64,000 nucleotides of DNA from Actinomycetes bacterium (GCA_023436605.1 JAEZIQ010000105.1:191-64190), one strand, 5' to 3'; shown: positions 18,437 through 26,825, numbered from the stretch's first letter. The notes: generated by a model from the sequence alone, not told the origin. Numbers and translations: made by a program.

Positions 18437-19174
18437 GTGAGTCACCGCGCCTTCACCTGCTTGGCGGTGGGGGTGGTCGTTGTTTGCGGTTGGGCCGGCC
18501 CCACGGCCGGGGCCGAAACCCGGACCGGTGGGGTCAGTCCACCAACCTGGGAGGTGCTCTCGAGAGGAGTTGCGTTCTCCAACTCGGCCCATCCCGTTCG
18601 AACGTCGCGAGTCAGGGTCCGTCCCTCGAGAAAGGCCAGAATCATCGACCGTCTTCGCTTGTTCACCGAGGATGGTTTTGCGGAGATCTACCTGCTGCTG
18701 CTTCGTCGCACGACCCGCCACGGAACATGGATCCGGATCGGCCTGCCGGGCCGTCCGAACGGGCGCAAGGGATGGGTGCCAAGGAGCGCCCTAGGTGGTT
18801 TTCGACGGTCCACCGGGGCCGTGGTGATCAACCGAGCGGCCCGGAGACTAACCTTCTTTCGGGGTGGTCGAGTAAGTTGGTCGGCCCCGGCCGGAATCGG
18901 TGCCCCCGGCACGCCGACACCCGCCGGCAGGTTCTGGGTGCGAGAACAGTTCCCGGTCCGACCCGGCAGCATCTACGGCAGCTACGCGTTCGGCACCTCG
19001 GCCTACTCGCGCCTGAGCGAGTGGCCCGGTGGCGGGGTCATCGGCATCCACGGCACCGATAGTCCCTGGCTGATTCCCGGCCGGCCCTCACACGGCTGTA
19101 TCCGTCTCCGCAACGCGGCGATCCGCAGGCTGGCCGGTCAGCTCACCACGGGAGCCACAGTCCTGATCAGATGA
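18437..19174 (+). CDS. L,D-transpeptidase (YkuD family)
   Basis: It has a signal peptide and the catalytic block GIHGTDSPWLIPGRPSHGCIRLRN. The GTG start is 7 nt after the stop of the vWA gene. Confidence 0.85.
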   Translation: MSHRAFTCLAVGVVVVCGWAGPTAGAETRTGGVSPPTWEVLSRGVAFSNSAHPVRTSRVRVRPSRKARIIDRLRLFTEDGFAEIYLLLLRRTTRHGTWIRIGLPGRPNGRKGWVPRSALGGFRRSTGAVVINRAARRLTFFRGGRVSWSAPAGIGAPGTPTPAGRFWVREQFPVRPGSIYGSYAFGTSAYSRLSEWPGGGVIGIHGTDSPWLIPGRPSHGCIRLRNAAIRRLAGQLTTGATVLIR

Positions 19175-19197
19175 CTTCACGCCTGGCATCGGGTCCG

Positions 19198-19203
19198 TAG
19201 AGT
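19198..19203 (+). promoter_or_regulatory. -10-like box TAGAGT, 7 nt before ATG 19211
   Basis: It matches TANNNT and there is no SD. Confidence 0.4.
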
Positions 19204-19210
19204 CGCCGGC

Positions 19211-20089
19211 ATGCTGATCGCCACACACAACGGTTCCTTCCATGCCGACGAAGTCTTCGCCATCGCGGCGATGAAGCTGTTGCCCGAACCGGTCGAAGTT
19301 CTGCGCACGCGTGACCGCGAGGTTCTGGCCGAAGCCGATATGCGAATCGATGTCGGTTTCCGTTATGACCCGTCCAATGGCGATTTTGACCACCACCAGC
19401 GTGAGTTTGACCTCGCCCGGGAGAACGGCATCGGCTATGCCTCCTTCGGCCTGATCTGGCGGGAATTCGGCGCTCGGATCTGCGGCGATGCCGAGGTTGC
19501 CGAGGCGGTCGAGCAGACCCTGGTCCAGCCCGTTGATGCCAACGACACGGGTCAGCAGATCGCAAAGTCCCTGTTTGAGGGAGTGCGCCCGATGAACGTC
19601 AATGCCGTGATCGGCGGCTTCAACTCACGCTGGGACGAGGAGCTGAGCGATGAGCAGGAGCGGGAGCGTTTCGATGCCGCGCTCGATCTCGCCGGTGGAA
19701 TCCTCGAGCGGGAGATCGCCTCGGCCACCTCCGGGCTAAAGGCGGTTCGGCTGGTGCGTGAGGCCATCGCCAGCGCCGACGACCCGCGCGTCATCGAGCT
19801 CTCGCAAAACGTGCCGTGGAAGCAGGTCGTCGTCACCGAGTCACCCGAAGCGCTTTTCGTGATCTATCCGAAGCGGCAGGGCTTCGGGCTCGAAACGGTG
19901 CCCCGCGAGTTGGGCACGTTCGAGAACCGGCTCGACCTGCCGGCTGCCTGGGCCGGACTCGAACATGGCGAGCTGGCCGAACTTACGGGAGTGCCCGACG
20001 CGCTTTTTTGCCATGCGAAGCGATTCCTGGTCGTCGCCAGATCGCGAGAAGGGATCGAAGCTCTGGCGTCACTGGCTGTCGATCAGTGA
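19211..20089 (+). CDS. MYG1/UPF0160 family metal-dependent hydrolase
   Basis: The N-terminus (IATHNGSFHADEVFAIAAMKLL) is characteristic of MYG1. TAGAGT lies 7 nt upstream of the ATG. Confidence 0.8.
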   Translation: MLIATHNGSFHADEVFAIAAMKLLPEPVEVLRTRDREVLAEADMRIDVGFRYDPSNGDFDHHQREFDLARENGIGYASFGLIWREFGARICGDAEVAEAVEQTLVQPVDANDTGQQIAKSLFEGVRPMNVNAVIGGFNSRWDEELSDEQERERFDAALDLAGGILEREIASATSGLKAVRLVREAIASADDPRVIELSQNVPWKQVVVTESPEALFVIYPKRQGFGLETVPRELGTFENRLDLPAAWAGLEHGELAELTGVPDALFCHAKRFLVVARSREGIEALASLAVDQ

Positions 20090-20136
20090 CCGGAGTTCTT
20101 CAGGACGCGAGGGGTCTTCGAGCCTTCGGGTAGGCC

Positions 20137-20793
20137 TCAGAGAAAATGGATGATGCCGTGTCCCAGGAGGATGAGGCCGAGGGCGAGCACCAGCGCGCGG
20201 ACCAGCTGCCGGCCTCTGCTCTGGATCAGTCTCTGTACAGCGTCCAGGAATCGCGTGGCCGGACCGGGGGCCAGGCCGGTCAAAGCGAGCGGCAGCCACG
20301 CCGGTGTCGCGACTATGGCAACGAGCACCAGAATGATCGTTTCGCGCTCCGGAAAGCTCGTTTCGCTTGCGGCAATGATCTTCGAAGCCGGAACGACAAG
20401 GGCGAGAGAAGTGAAGTTTGTTGCCATCGAAAACGCACCGAAGGCGTACGCGCCCTTCGTTTCGAACCTGGTCGCTGAAGATTTCCCGTGATTGGTTCGG
20501 GGCCGTTTCGCCGACCTTCTGAGGAGTGGATAGGCCACGAAAACCAGTGCGGCGCCGAGCGCGATGTCGAGTCGGGCGCTTAGCTTGGGTTCCTGCGGCA
20601 GCGAAATGGCTCGGCCGAAGAAGACGAGCAGAGCGACAAAAATCAGCAGGGCCAGTGCTGCAGCGATCGCGTAGCGGCGACTGGCAGGCCGGCCACCGGA
20701 ACTTGTCAGCAGCAGAGTCTGCTCGGTCAGCATCATCGGACTGATCGCGGCCGCGAGGGCAAACGGAAGGATCGCCAGAAGAACACCGATCAT
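20137..20793 (-). CDS. GAP-family (DUF2910/Sap-like) membrane protein
   Basis: It is a multi-TM protein beginning MIGVLLAILPFALAAAISPMMLTEQ. ATG 20793 is preceded by TAGTCT at 8 nt. The longer track start at 20886 adds a non-hydrophobic extension. Confidence 0.55.
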   Translation of the reverse strand: MIGVLLAILPFALAAAISPMMLTEQTLLLTSSGGRPASRRYAIAAALALLIFVALLVFFGRAISLPQEPKLSARLDIALGAALVFVAYPLLRRSAKRPRTNHGKSSATRFETKGAYAFGAFSMATNFTSLALVVPASKIIAASETSFPERETIILVLVAIVATPAWLPLALTGLAPGPATRFLDAVQRLIQSRGRQLVRALVLALGLILLGHGIIHFL

Positions 20794-20858
20794 CCCGGGG
20801 CAGACTAGCCAAACGACGCGAGCAGTTCCGGACTCGCTCGTTCCGGTGTTTGAGACGC

Positions 20859-20900
20859 GTTCCTGGGGGAACCCCCGGTTCTGCACGTCGCACCAGGAAC
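20859..20900. promoter_or_regulatory. 8-bp perfect inverted repeat GTTCCTGG-N26-CCAGGAAC upstream of the decarboxylase gene
   Basis: Read directly from the sequence. It lies about 70-110 nt upstream of ATG 20973, in the divergent region shared with the GAP-family gene. Confidence 0.35.
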
Positions 20901-20972
20901 TGGACGCTCGGTATCTCAGCGACCACCAGATCCTTCAAATAGCGATCGGCGACTAGGACCTTAGGAGGCCCC

Positions 20973-23264
20973 ATGGATTCTCTTCCTTTGAGCGTGCTGT
21001 TGGTCGAAGGTGACATCGACCCGGAAAGCTCCAGCGGCAATGCCCTCACCCGCGTCGAGAAGTCGCTTGAGGATCTCCAGGTCCGGGTGAAGTTCACGTC
21101 GAGCCCGGCTGATGCCGGCCAGTGGGTCGGCGCCGACACCTCGCTTGGCGCGGTGATCGCAAGTGCCGCGGATCCGGAAGGCTCCACCACCAAAGCTTCG
21201 ATCAAGCAGGCCGCTGAGCTGATCGATGAGATTCGCGACAAGAACCTGAAGTTGCCGGTGTTCCTGATGTCGGGACGACGCGGCCCCGAGGACCTGCCGA
21301 CCAGCGTCCTGCGTGAGGTCACCCAGTTCGTCTACTTGCTGGACGACACGCCGGACTGGATCGCCGGCCGCATCCGTGACGCCGCCCTGCGGTACCGGAA
21401 GGAAATCCTTCCACCGATGTTCGAAGCGCTGACCCGTTTTGCCCAGACCCACGAGTACTCGTGGCACACCCCGGGGCATGAGGGCGGCGCGGCCTTTCTG
21501 AAGTCGCCGGTGGGTCGGGTCTTCTGGACCTTCTTCGGCGAGCAGACCTTCCGCTCCGATCTGTCGATCTCGGTGGGAGAGCTCGGTTCGTTGCTGGATC
21601 ACTCGGGGCCCATCGGTGAGGCCGAGCGGCGAGCCGCCGAAATCTTCGGTGCCGACATGACCTTTTTCGTCACCAACGGCACCTCGACCTCGAACCGGGT
21701 GCTTCACCAGGCATCGGTCACCGCCGGGGACGTGATGTTGCTGGACCGGAACGCCCACAAGTCGATGGAGCAGGCGTCGACGATCACGCACGGCGTTCCC
21801 GTCTACATGATCCCGACGCGGAATCACCTCGGGATCATCGGGCCGGTTCCGCCTTCCGAGATGAACAAACGGGCGGTGAATCGGAAGTTGAAGGATTCAC
21901 CGCTGGTGGAGGAGGGCGAGGGGGGAGAGCCGGTGATCGCGATGGTCACCAACTCCACCTACGACGGTCTGCTCTACCACGTCCCGACCGTCGAGACCAC
22001 GCTCGGCACGCACGTCGATCGCCTCCACTTCGATGAGGCCTGGTACGGCTACGCGGCGTTCAACCCGATCTACGAAGAGCGCCACGCGATGCATCAGGCG
22101 AAACGAAAGCAGGATGCGCCGACCACTTTCGCCACGCAATCCACGCACAAGCTGCTCGCGGCCCTTTCCCAGGCCTCGTATGTCCACATTCGAAATGGCA
22201 GGAACCCGGTCGATCACGACCAGTTCAACGAGGCGTTCATGATGCACGCTTCGACCTCGCCGCTTTACGCGATCATCGCATCGAACGATGTCGCCGCCGG
22301 GATGATGGCCGGACGCGGAGGACACCTGCTCACCCGGGACTCGATCACCGAGGCGGTGGCTTTTCGCCGCACCCTTTCGCGGGTTGCGAGCGAGGCGGGA
22401 TCCGGGGACTGGGCGATCCGCCCCTGGCAACCGGAGTCGGTGACCGGTCCGAGGGGAGGGCGGAAGCGGTTCGAGGACGCACCCGAGGATCACCTGATCA
22501 ACTCACCCGATCCCTGGTTGCTTCGCGAGAAGGATTCCTGGCACGGCTTCGAAGGTCTCCCGGACGAGTACGCGATGCTCGATCCGATCAAGGTCACGAC
22601 GGTTACGCCAGGAGTCGCCCAGAACGGGTCGCTCGAGGATTTCGGCGTTCCCGCAGCGTTGCTCACCGCCTACCTCGACCAGCAGGAATCGATCGTGGTG
22701 GAAAAGACCCAGGACTACTCGATTCTTTTCCTGTTTTCGATCGGCGTCACCCGCGGCAAATGGGGCTCGCTTCTGGCGACGATGATGGCCTTCAAGCGCG
22801 ATGTCGATGCCAACGTTCCGCTCGAACGGGCCCTGCCCGGGACGGTGGCCGGGGCCCCGAGGCGCTACGCAGGCATGGGCCTTCGCGATCTCGCCGAGGA
22901 GATGCATGGCACCATCCGCGACAACCGACAGCTTGACCTCCTTCAGGACGCTTTTGGCAGCCAGCCCGTGCCCGAAATGATTCCGGCAGAGGCCTACGCC
23001 CACGTGGTGCGGGGAACCATCGACCCGGTTCAGATCGATGACCTGGAGGGCCGCACGGTAGCGGTCGGCCTGGTGCCGTACCCGCCGGGCATCCCGCTGA
23101 TGATGCCCGGGGAGAATTCGGGTCCGACCGACGGTCCCTTCGTGGCCTACCTGCGGGCACTCCAGGATTTCGATCGAAAATTTCCTGGATTCGAGCACGA
23201 TATCCACGGCATCGACCACATCGACGGTGCCTACGTGACCCGTTGCGTGAGGGACCAGAAATAA
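20973..23264 (+). CDS. Orn/Lys/Arg decarboxylase, fold-I large family with N-terminal wing domain (AdiA-like)
   Basis: An AGGAGG SD lies at 20963-20968. Conserved blocks are YSWHTPGHEGG, FVTNGTSTSN, DRNAHKS, LHFDEAWYGYA, STHKLLAALSQAS (PLP lysine), PYPPGIPLMMPGEN and FPGFEHDIHG. Confidence 0.92.
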   Translation: MDSLPLSVLLVEGDIDPESSSGNALTRVEKSLEDLQVRVKFTSSPADAGQWVGADTSLGAVIASAADPEGSTTKASIKQAAELIDEIRDKNLKLPVFLMSGRRGPEDLPTSVLREVTQFVYLLDDTPDWIAGRIRDAALRYRKEILPPMFEALTRFAQTHEYSWHTPGHEGGAAFLKSPVGRVFWTFFGEQTFRSDLSISVGELGSLLDHSGPIGEAERRAAEIFGADMTFFVTNGTSTSNRVLHQASVTAGDVMLLDRNAHKSMEQASTITHGVPVYMIPTRNHLGIIGPVPPSEMNKRAVNRKLKDSPLVEEGEGGEPVIAMVTNSTYDGLLYHVPTVETTLGTHVDRLHFDEAWYGYAAFNPIYEERHAMHQAKRKQDAPTTFATQSTHKLLAALSQASYVHIRNGRNPVDHDQFNEAFMMHASTSPLYAIIASNDVAAGMMAGRGGHLLTRDSITEAVAFRRTLSRVASEAGSGDWAIRPWQPESVTGPRGGRKRFEDAPEDHLINSPDPWLLREKDSWHGFEGLPDEYAMLDPIKVTTVTPGVAQNGSLEDFGVPAALLTAYLDQQESIVVEKTQDYSILFLFSIGVTRGKWGSLLATMMAFKRDVDANVPLERALPGTVAGAPRRYAGMGLRDLAEEMHGTIRDNRQLDLLQDAFGSQPVPEMIPAEAYAHVVRGTIDPVQIDDLEGRTVAVGLVPYPPGIPLMMPGENSGPTDGPFVAYLRALQDFDRKFPGFEHDIHGIDHIDGAYVTRCVRDQK

Positions 23265-23304
23265 TGCGCGGCGCGGGTCGGAGCGCGGTTTTCGGGGGTG
23301 CGGC

Positions 23305-24792
23305 GTGAAGGCGAAGCTAGCCGGGGCGGCGACTCTGGGCGTTTTCGCGCTGGCGATGATCGAGGTGAACGCGGTCCTCACCGTCCGCAACCTTCCCTCG
23401 ATGGCCGAACTCGGCTGGAACAGCATCGGCTGGTACTTCCTCGGGCTGCTCCTGTTCTTCCTGCCGCTTTCCCTGGTGGCGGCCGAACTCGCGACCGGGT
23501 GGCCGAAGGGGGGAGGGGTGTATGCCTGGGTTCGCGAAGCGTTCGGCGAGCAGCGCGGGTTCATCAGCATCTGGGCGGACTGGGCCGAGAACCTGGTCTG
23601 GTTCCCGACGGTCCTCTCGTTCATGGCGGCGACCCTGGCCTACGCCTTCTCTCCGGACCTGGCTTCGAACAAGCTCTACATGGCCGTCGTCATCCTCGGT
23701 GTGTTCTGGCTGGTCACCCTGCTCAACTTTTACGGGGACAAGTACCAGGGGCCGATCAGCAAGGTGGGTGCGATCGCCGGAGTTCTCCTCCCGGTCGGCG
23801 TACTTTTCCTGCTCTTCTTCATCCAGGTTCTCAAGGGCGCACCATCGGCGATCGAGTACCACGGCGTGCTGCCCGACATCAAGGCGTCGACGATCCCCTT
23901 CGTAGCCACGATCGTGCTCACCTTCGCCGGCATGGAGATGGCCGGTTTCCACGCCCTGGAGACCAGGAACCCGGGGCGCGACTATCCCAAGGCGATTCTG
24001 ATCGCGGCCTTGCTCATCTTCTTCTTCTCCGTCGGGGGAACTATCGCGGTCGCGTACACGGTGCCGTCCCATGAACTCTCGCTGGCTTCCGGAGTGATCC
24101 AGGCGGTGAAAGTGATGCTCTCCCAGGTGGGGGCGAGTTGGCTGACCGCGCCGCTGGCCCTTCTGCTCGCGCTGGGGGCGCTCGCCCAGCTCAGCACCTA
24201 CCTGATCGGTCCGGCCAAAGCGATCGGCGTGGCGGCTGCGCAGGGTGACCTGCCACCTTCTTGGCGCACCCACAACAGCTTCGGCTCGCCGGTCCGTGTG
24301 TTGCTCTACCAGGCGGCGATCACGACCGTGTTCGCGATGGCATTCATCCTGCTTCCATCGGTGAATTCCGCCTACTGGGTGCTCTCGGCGCTGACTTCCC
24401 AGGGGCTGATCGTCATGTACCTGCTGATGTTCGCGGCGGTGTTGAAGCTTCGCTACACCCAGCCGGATACTCCACGAGCATTCGTGGTTCCCGGCGGGAT
24501 GGCCGGCATCTGGATCGTCGCCGGCGTCGCTCTGGTGTCGCTGGTGTTCTGCTTTGTGGTCGGTTTGTTCCCGGCTCAGGCGATCGGCATCTCGAAGCTC
24601 GCCTACATCGCCGGCATGCTGGTCTCTTCGCTCTTCTTCTCGGTCGGTGTCCCGATGCTGTTCTACAAGTTTCGGAAGAAGGATTGGCGCGCCCCGAACG
24701 CCCAGGAGTACATCGACGGGGTGGCCGACGACGGGGGCGGAGGTTCCGACCGCAGACCCCCGGCGACAGCGACGGACGGAGGTGCCACATGA
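23305..24792 (+). CDS. APC-superfamily amino acid antiporter, GadC-like
   Basis: It has about 12 TM segments. The blocks GGGVYAWVREAFG, KVGAIAGVLLP, AGMEMAGFHALETRNPGRDYPKAI and a charged C-terminal tail resemble the glutamate:GABA antiporter family. Confidence 0.85.
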   Translation: MKAKLAGAATLGVFALAMIEVNAVLTVRNLPSMAELGWNSIGWYFLGLLLFFLPLSLVAAELATGWPKGGGVYAWVREAFGEQRGFISIWADWAENLVWFPTVLSFMAATLAYAFSPDLASNKLYMAVVILGVFWLVTLLNFYGDKYQGPISKVGAIAGVLLPVGVLFLLFFIQVLKGAPSAIEYHGVLPDIKASTIPFVATIVLTFAGMEMAGFHALETRNPGRDYPKAILIAALLIFFFSVGGTIAVAYTVPSHELSLASGVIQAVKVMLSQVGASWLTAPLALLLALGALAQLSTYLIGPAKAIGVAAAQGDLPPSWRTHNSFGSPVRVLLYQAAITTVFAMAFILLPSVNSAYWVLSALTSQGLIVMYLLMFAAVLKLRYTQPDTPRAFVVPGGMAGIWIVAGVALVSLVFCFVVGLFPAQAIGISKLAYIAGMLVSSLFFSVGVPMLFYKFRKKDWRAPNAQEYIDGVADDGGGGSDRRPPATATDGGAT

Positions 24793-25247
24793 TCTCGATA
24801 CGAACCGCTGCGGTTTCGGCGACGGTCGCGGTCTCGCTGAGCTTGATCTTGGCGGCGTGCGGAACATCCGATTTCGACAACTCCGAGGCCGGCCAGCCCG
24901 TCACCAAGGCGATCGACGCGGCCGGTCTGAAGGTGTGCGGTGAGGAGAGCTACGAGCCCGATCTTCCGGGCGCCGGCGAGGGCAAGTGGTACGCGGTCTC
25001 GGCCGATTGCTCGGAAAACGACGCCGAGGACCCGGACATCGTGGTCACTCAGGTTCCGTATGACTCTCAGAGTGATCGCGACTACGCCTACCAGGCACTG
25101 CTTCACCGGATGAGGCGGATCCCGGGCAACCTGGCTGTTTTCACCGCCGGGGACACGGTGATCGGGATCCTCAGAGTGGAGGACCGGGGAGCCGCCGGCG
25201 ATCTGATCGAGAAGCTGGAAGACGCAGGAGCGGCCCGAGGCATCTAG
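24789..25247 (+). CDS. lipoprotein, unknown function
   Basis: ATG 24789 overlaps the transporter stop (ATGA). It has a signal peptide with a lipobox (SLILAAC). It occupies the 3' part of track ORF 24261..25247. Confidence 0.6.
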   Translation: MISIRTAAVSATVAVSLSLILAACGTSDFDNSEAGQPVTKAIDAAGLKVCGEESYEPDLPGAGEGKWYAVSADCSENDAEDPDIVVTQVPYDSQSDRDYAYQALLHRMRRIPGNLAVFTAGDTVIGILRVEDRGAAGDLIEKLEDAGAARGI

Positions 25248-25690
25248 GACCTTCGATTCGCGGGTTGGATAACGGTTCATCCACTTATGTCAACCCAGCA
25301 GACTTCGCCCGGACAGGCCTGACGGACGAAGTCAGGGCCGATTCCGGCCCAACTCTGGCGACGGTGGCCAGCAATGGAGCAGTGCGGGCAGCCATAGTGC
25401 CTCAGGTTGGGTCCGCCCACGATCTAACAGAGTGACGGCGACGGTAGAAGCTCCGCGTCACAGCAGTCCAGTCCAGAAGACAAATAAGTCAGTTCAAGAT
25501 AACGGAGGGGCTTGGCCAATGATCGAACTGAAAAAGGGGCTGTGCGCCGTCACGAGGAGGAGCGTCTTCGAACCCGCTCTCACTTGCGTGAGTCCCAACA
25601 AACACACCTGGGACCGTACCTCGGGGCGAATCCATGAGTTGACATAAGACACATTATCGAGCATAGAGGAGAGTGCGCCACCGGCGGTGT

Positions 25691-25696
25691 TACACT
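25691..25696 (+). promoter_or_regulatory. -10-like box TACACT, 6 nt before GTG 25703 (vapBC)
   Basis: It matches TANNNT and there is no SD. It supports the shorter antitoxin start. Confidence 0.4.
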
Positions 25697-25702
25697 GGAT
25701 TT

Positions 25703-26017
25703 GTGCCGACCAAGCTCAGGAGAATCGCGGTAACCGTGGATCCCAGCCTTGCTGCCGCCCTTCAGAAAGCTCGTGAGGAACTACCCGGAAAGAGCGACGC
25801 GGCTCTCGTCAAGGAGCTCGCCCTACGTGGCTCACGAGCCGGAGCCGAAGGTCCGGGAAACCTCGCTTTGGAGCGGATCCTCGCGCGGCCCGGCGTTCGA
25901 CTGCCTTCGAGAAAGCTCGAGACTGTCTTGCCGAAGCTGAGCGAAAGCCAGAGATTCGACTCTGAGACCATTGACCGCATTCTTGAAGATGAACGGGCCG
26001 ACCGGGAAATCCTTTGA
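25703..26017 (+). CDS. vapB: type II antitoxin (VapB-like)
   Basis: It is a small protein immediately upstream of the PIN toxin and overlapping it by 4 nt. GTG 25703 lies 6 nt downstream of TACACT. The N-terminus (KLRRIAVTVDPSLAAALQKA) is plausibly a ribbon-helix-helix type. Confidence 0.6.
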   Translation: MPTKLRRIAVTVDPSLAAALQKAREELPGKSDAALVKELALRGSRAGAEGPGNLALERILARPGVRLPSRKLETVLPKLSESQRFDSETIDRILEDERADREIL

Positions 26018-26412
26018 ACCCACCGGTTTACCTCGATACCTCTGGTCTGGCAAAGCTCTTCCTGCATGAATCCGAGGGTCCCGCGCTCCGGGCGTTCCTG
26101 GAACAGCGAGAAATCACGCTGGTCTCGAGCGAACTCGCCGAAGTCGAGTTGATCCGAACAGTTGCCCGGGCCGATGAAGGACTCATCCCGGCTGCCAGAA
26201 GGCTGTTGGAAAGCTTGATCCTCTTGCCCATTACCGGTTCGGTAAGAGAGGCCGCTGGAGAGATCTTCCCTGGCCGCATCAGAAGCCTGGACGCGATCCA
26301 TCTATCCACTGCGCTGGAGATCAAAGCCGACCTCGCGGGTCTCCTGACTTATGACAACCGGATGGCAGAACTGGCGAACGAAAGCGGCATCGAAATCCTT
26401 CGACCGGCATAG
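26014..26412 (+). CDS. vapC: PIN-domain ribonuclease toxin VapC
   Basis: It has VYLDTSGLAKLF (first acidic PIN residue), SSELAEVEL, DAIHLSTAL and LLTYDN. Its size is 132 aa. The TTG start overlaps the antitoxin stop. Confidence 0.8.
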   Translation: MNPPVYLDTSGLAKLFLHESEGPALRAFLEQREITLVSSELAEVELIRTVARADEGLIPAARRLLESLILLPITGSVREAAGEIFPGRIRSLDAIHLSTALEIKADLAGLLTYDNRMAELANESGIEILRPA

Positions 26413-26525
26413 AAACACACCACGAGCCGACCCGAGACACTCGTTTGTGAATGGCACGTCACTGCGGCTCTTACTTTGAGGTCAACGGGGCGTCGCGGGT
26501 ATTCTTGTGAACCTCCCGGCTGTGT

Positions 26526-26642
26526 CTAAACGCCCGGAATGACGATGATTATTGCCGCGACGATGGCCAGCAGCAGGACCACCAGCCCGGCAACTATCCA
26601 ACGACGGCGACGCTCGAGCTTCCCGATTGATCCTTCACTCAT
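26526..26642 (-). CDS. 38-aa single-pass membrane sORF (hypothetical)
   Basis: It is below the ORF-track size cutoff. Reverse-strand GGGAGGAGACCAA is followed by ATG, giving MSEGSIGKLERRRRWIVAGLVVLLLAIVAAIIIVIPGV and a stop (TAG). The SD is strong and the TM helix is clean. Confidence 0.35.
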   Translation of the reverse strand: MSEGSIGKLERRRRWIVAGLVVLLLAIVAAIIIVIPGV

Positions 26643-26813
26643 TTGGTCTCCTCCCTTTGATACATGCCTGAAAGCGAAAGCTCAGGGTGTCAACTTAGCG
26701 CAGGATGATACGGCTGTCGGAAACTTCCGGGTGGTAGTCGCCCTGACGGGACCGTAGTTCAAGATCTCGACCGTCAATATCGGTCCCCTGCCATCGGGGT
26801 GGATTCACTCGGT

Positions 26814-26819
26814 TACACT
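26814..26819 (+). promoter_or_regulatory. -10-like box TACACT, 6 nt before ATG 26826
   Basis: It matches TANNNT and there is no SD. It supports the start at MGTSRKL. Confidence 0.4.
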
Positions 26820-26825
26820 CGTCAG

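Noticed and set aside
20069-21322. 417-aa minus-strand ORF (and 20961..21827 minus, 288 aa)
   Set aside because: It spans the GAP-family gene in another frame, the intergenic region and the 5' end of the decarboxylase gene. The product is rich in Arg, Ser and Pro.
23317-24867. 516-aa minus-strand ORF
   Set aside because: It is antisense to the APC transporter, which has about 12 clean TM helices. The product is extremely Arg/Asp/Glu/His-rich.
25432-25647. 71-aa ORF, and an internal 42-aa version with a GGAGG about 10 nt upstream, in the 25.3-25.7 kb gap
   Set aside because: There is no hydrophobic or other recognisable pattern. Codon bias is poor for this genome and the SD spacing is marginal. 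I kept the region as non-coding island DNA, but the call is unproven either way.
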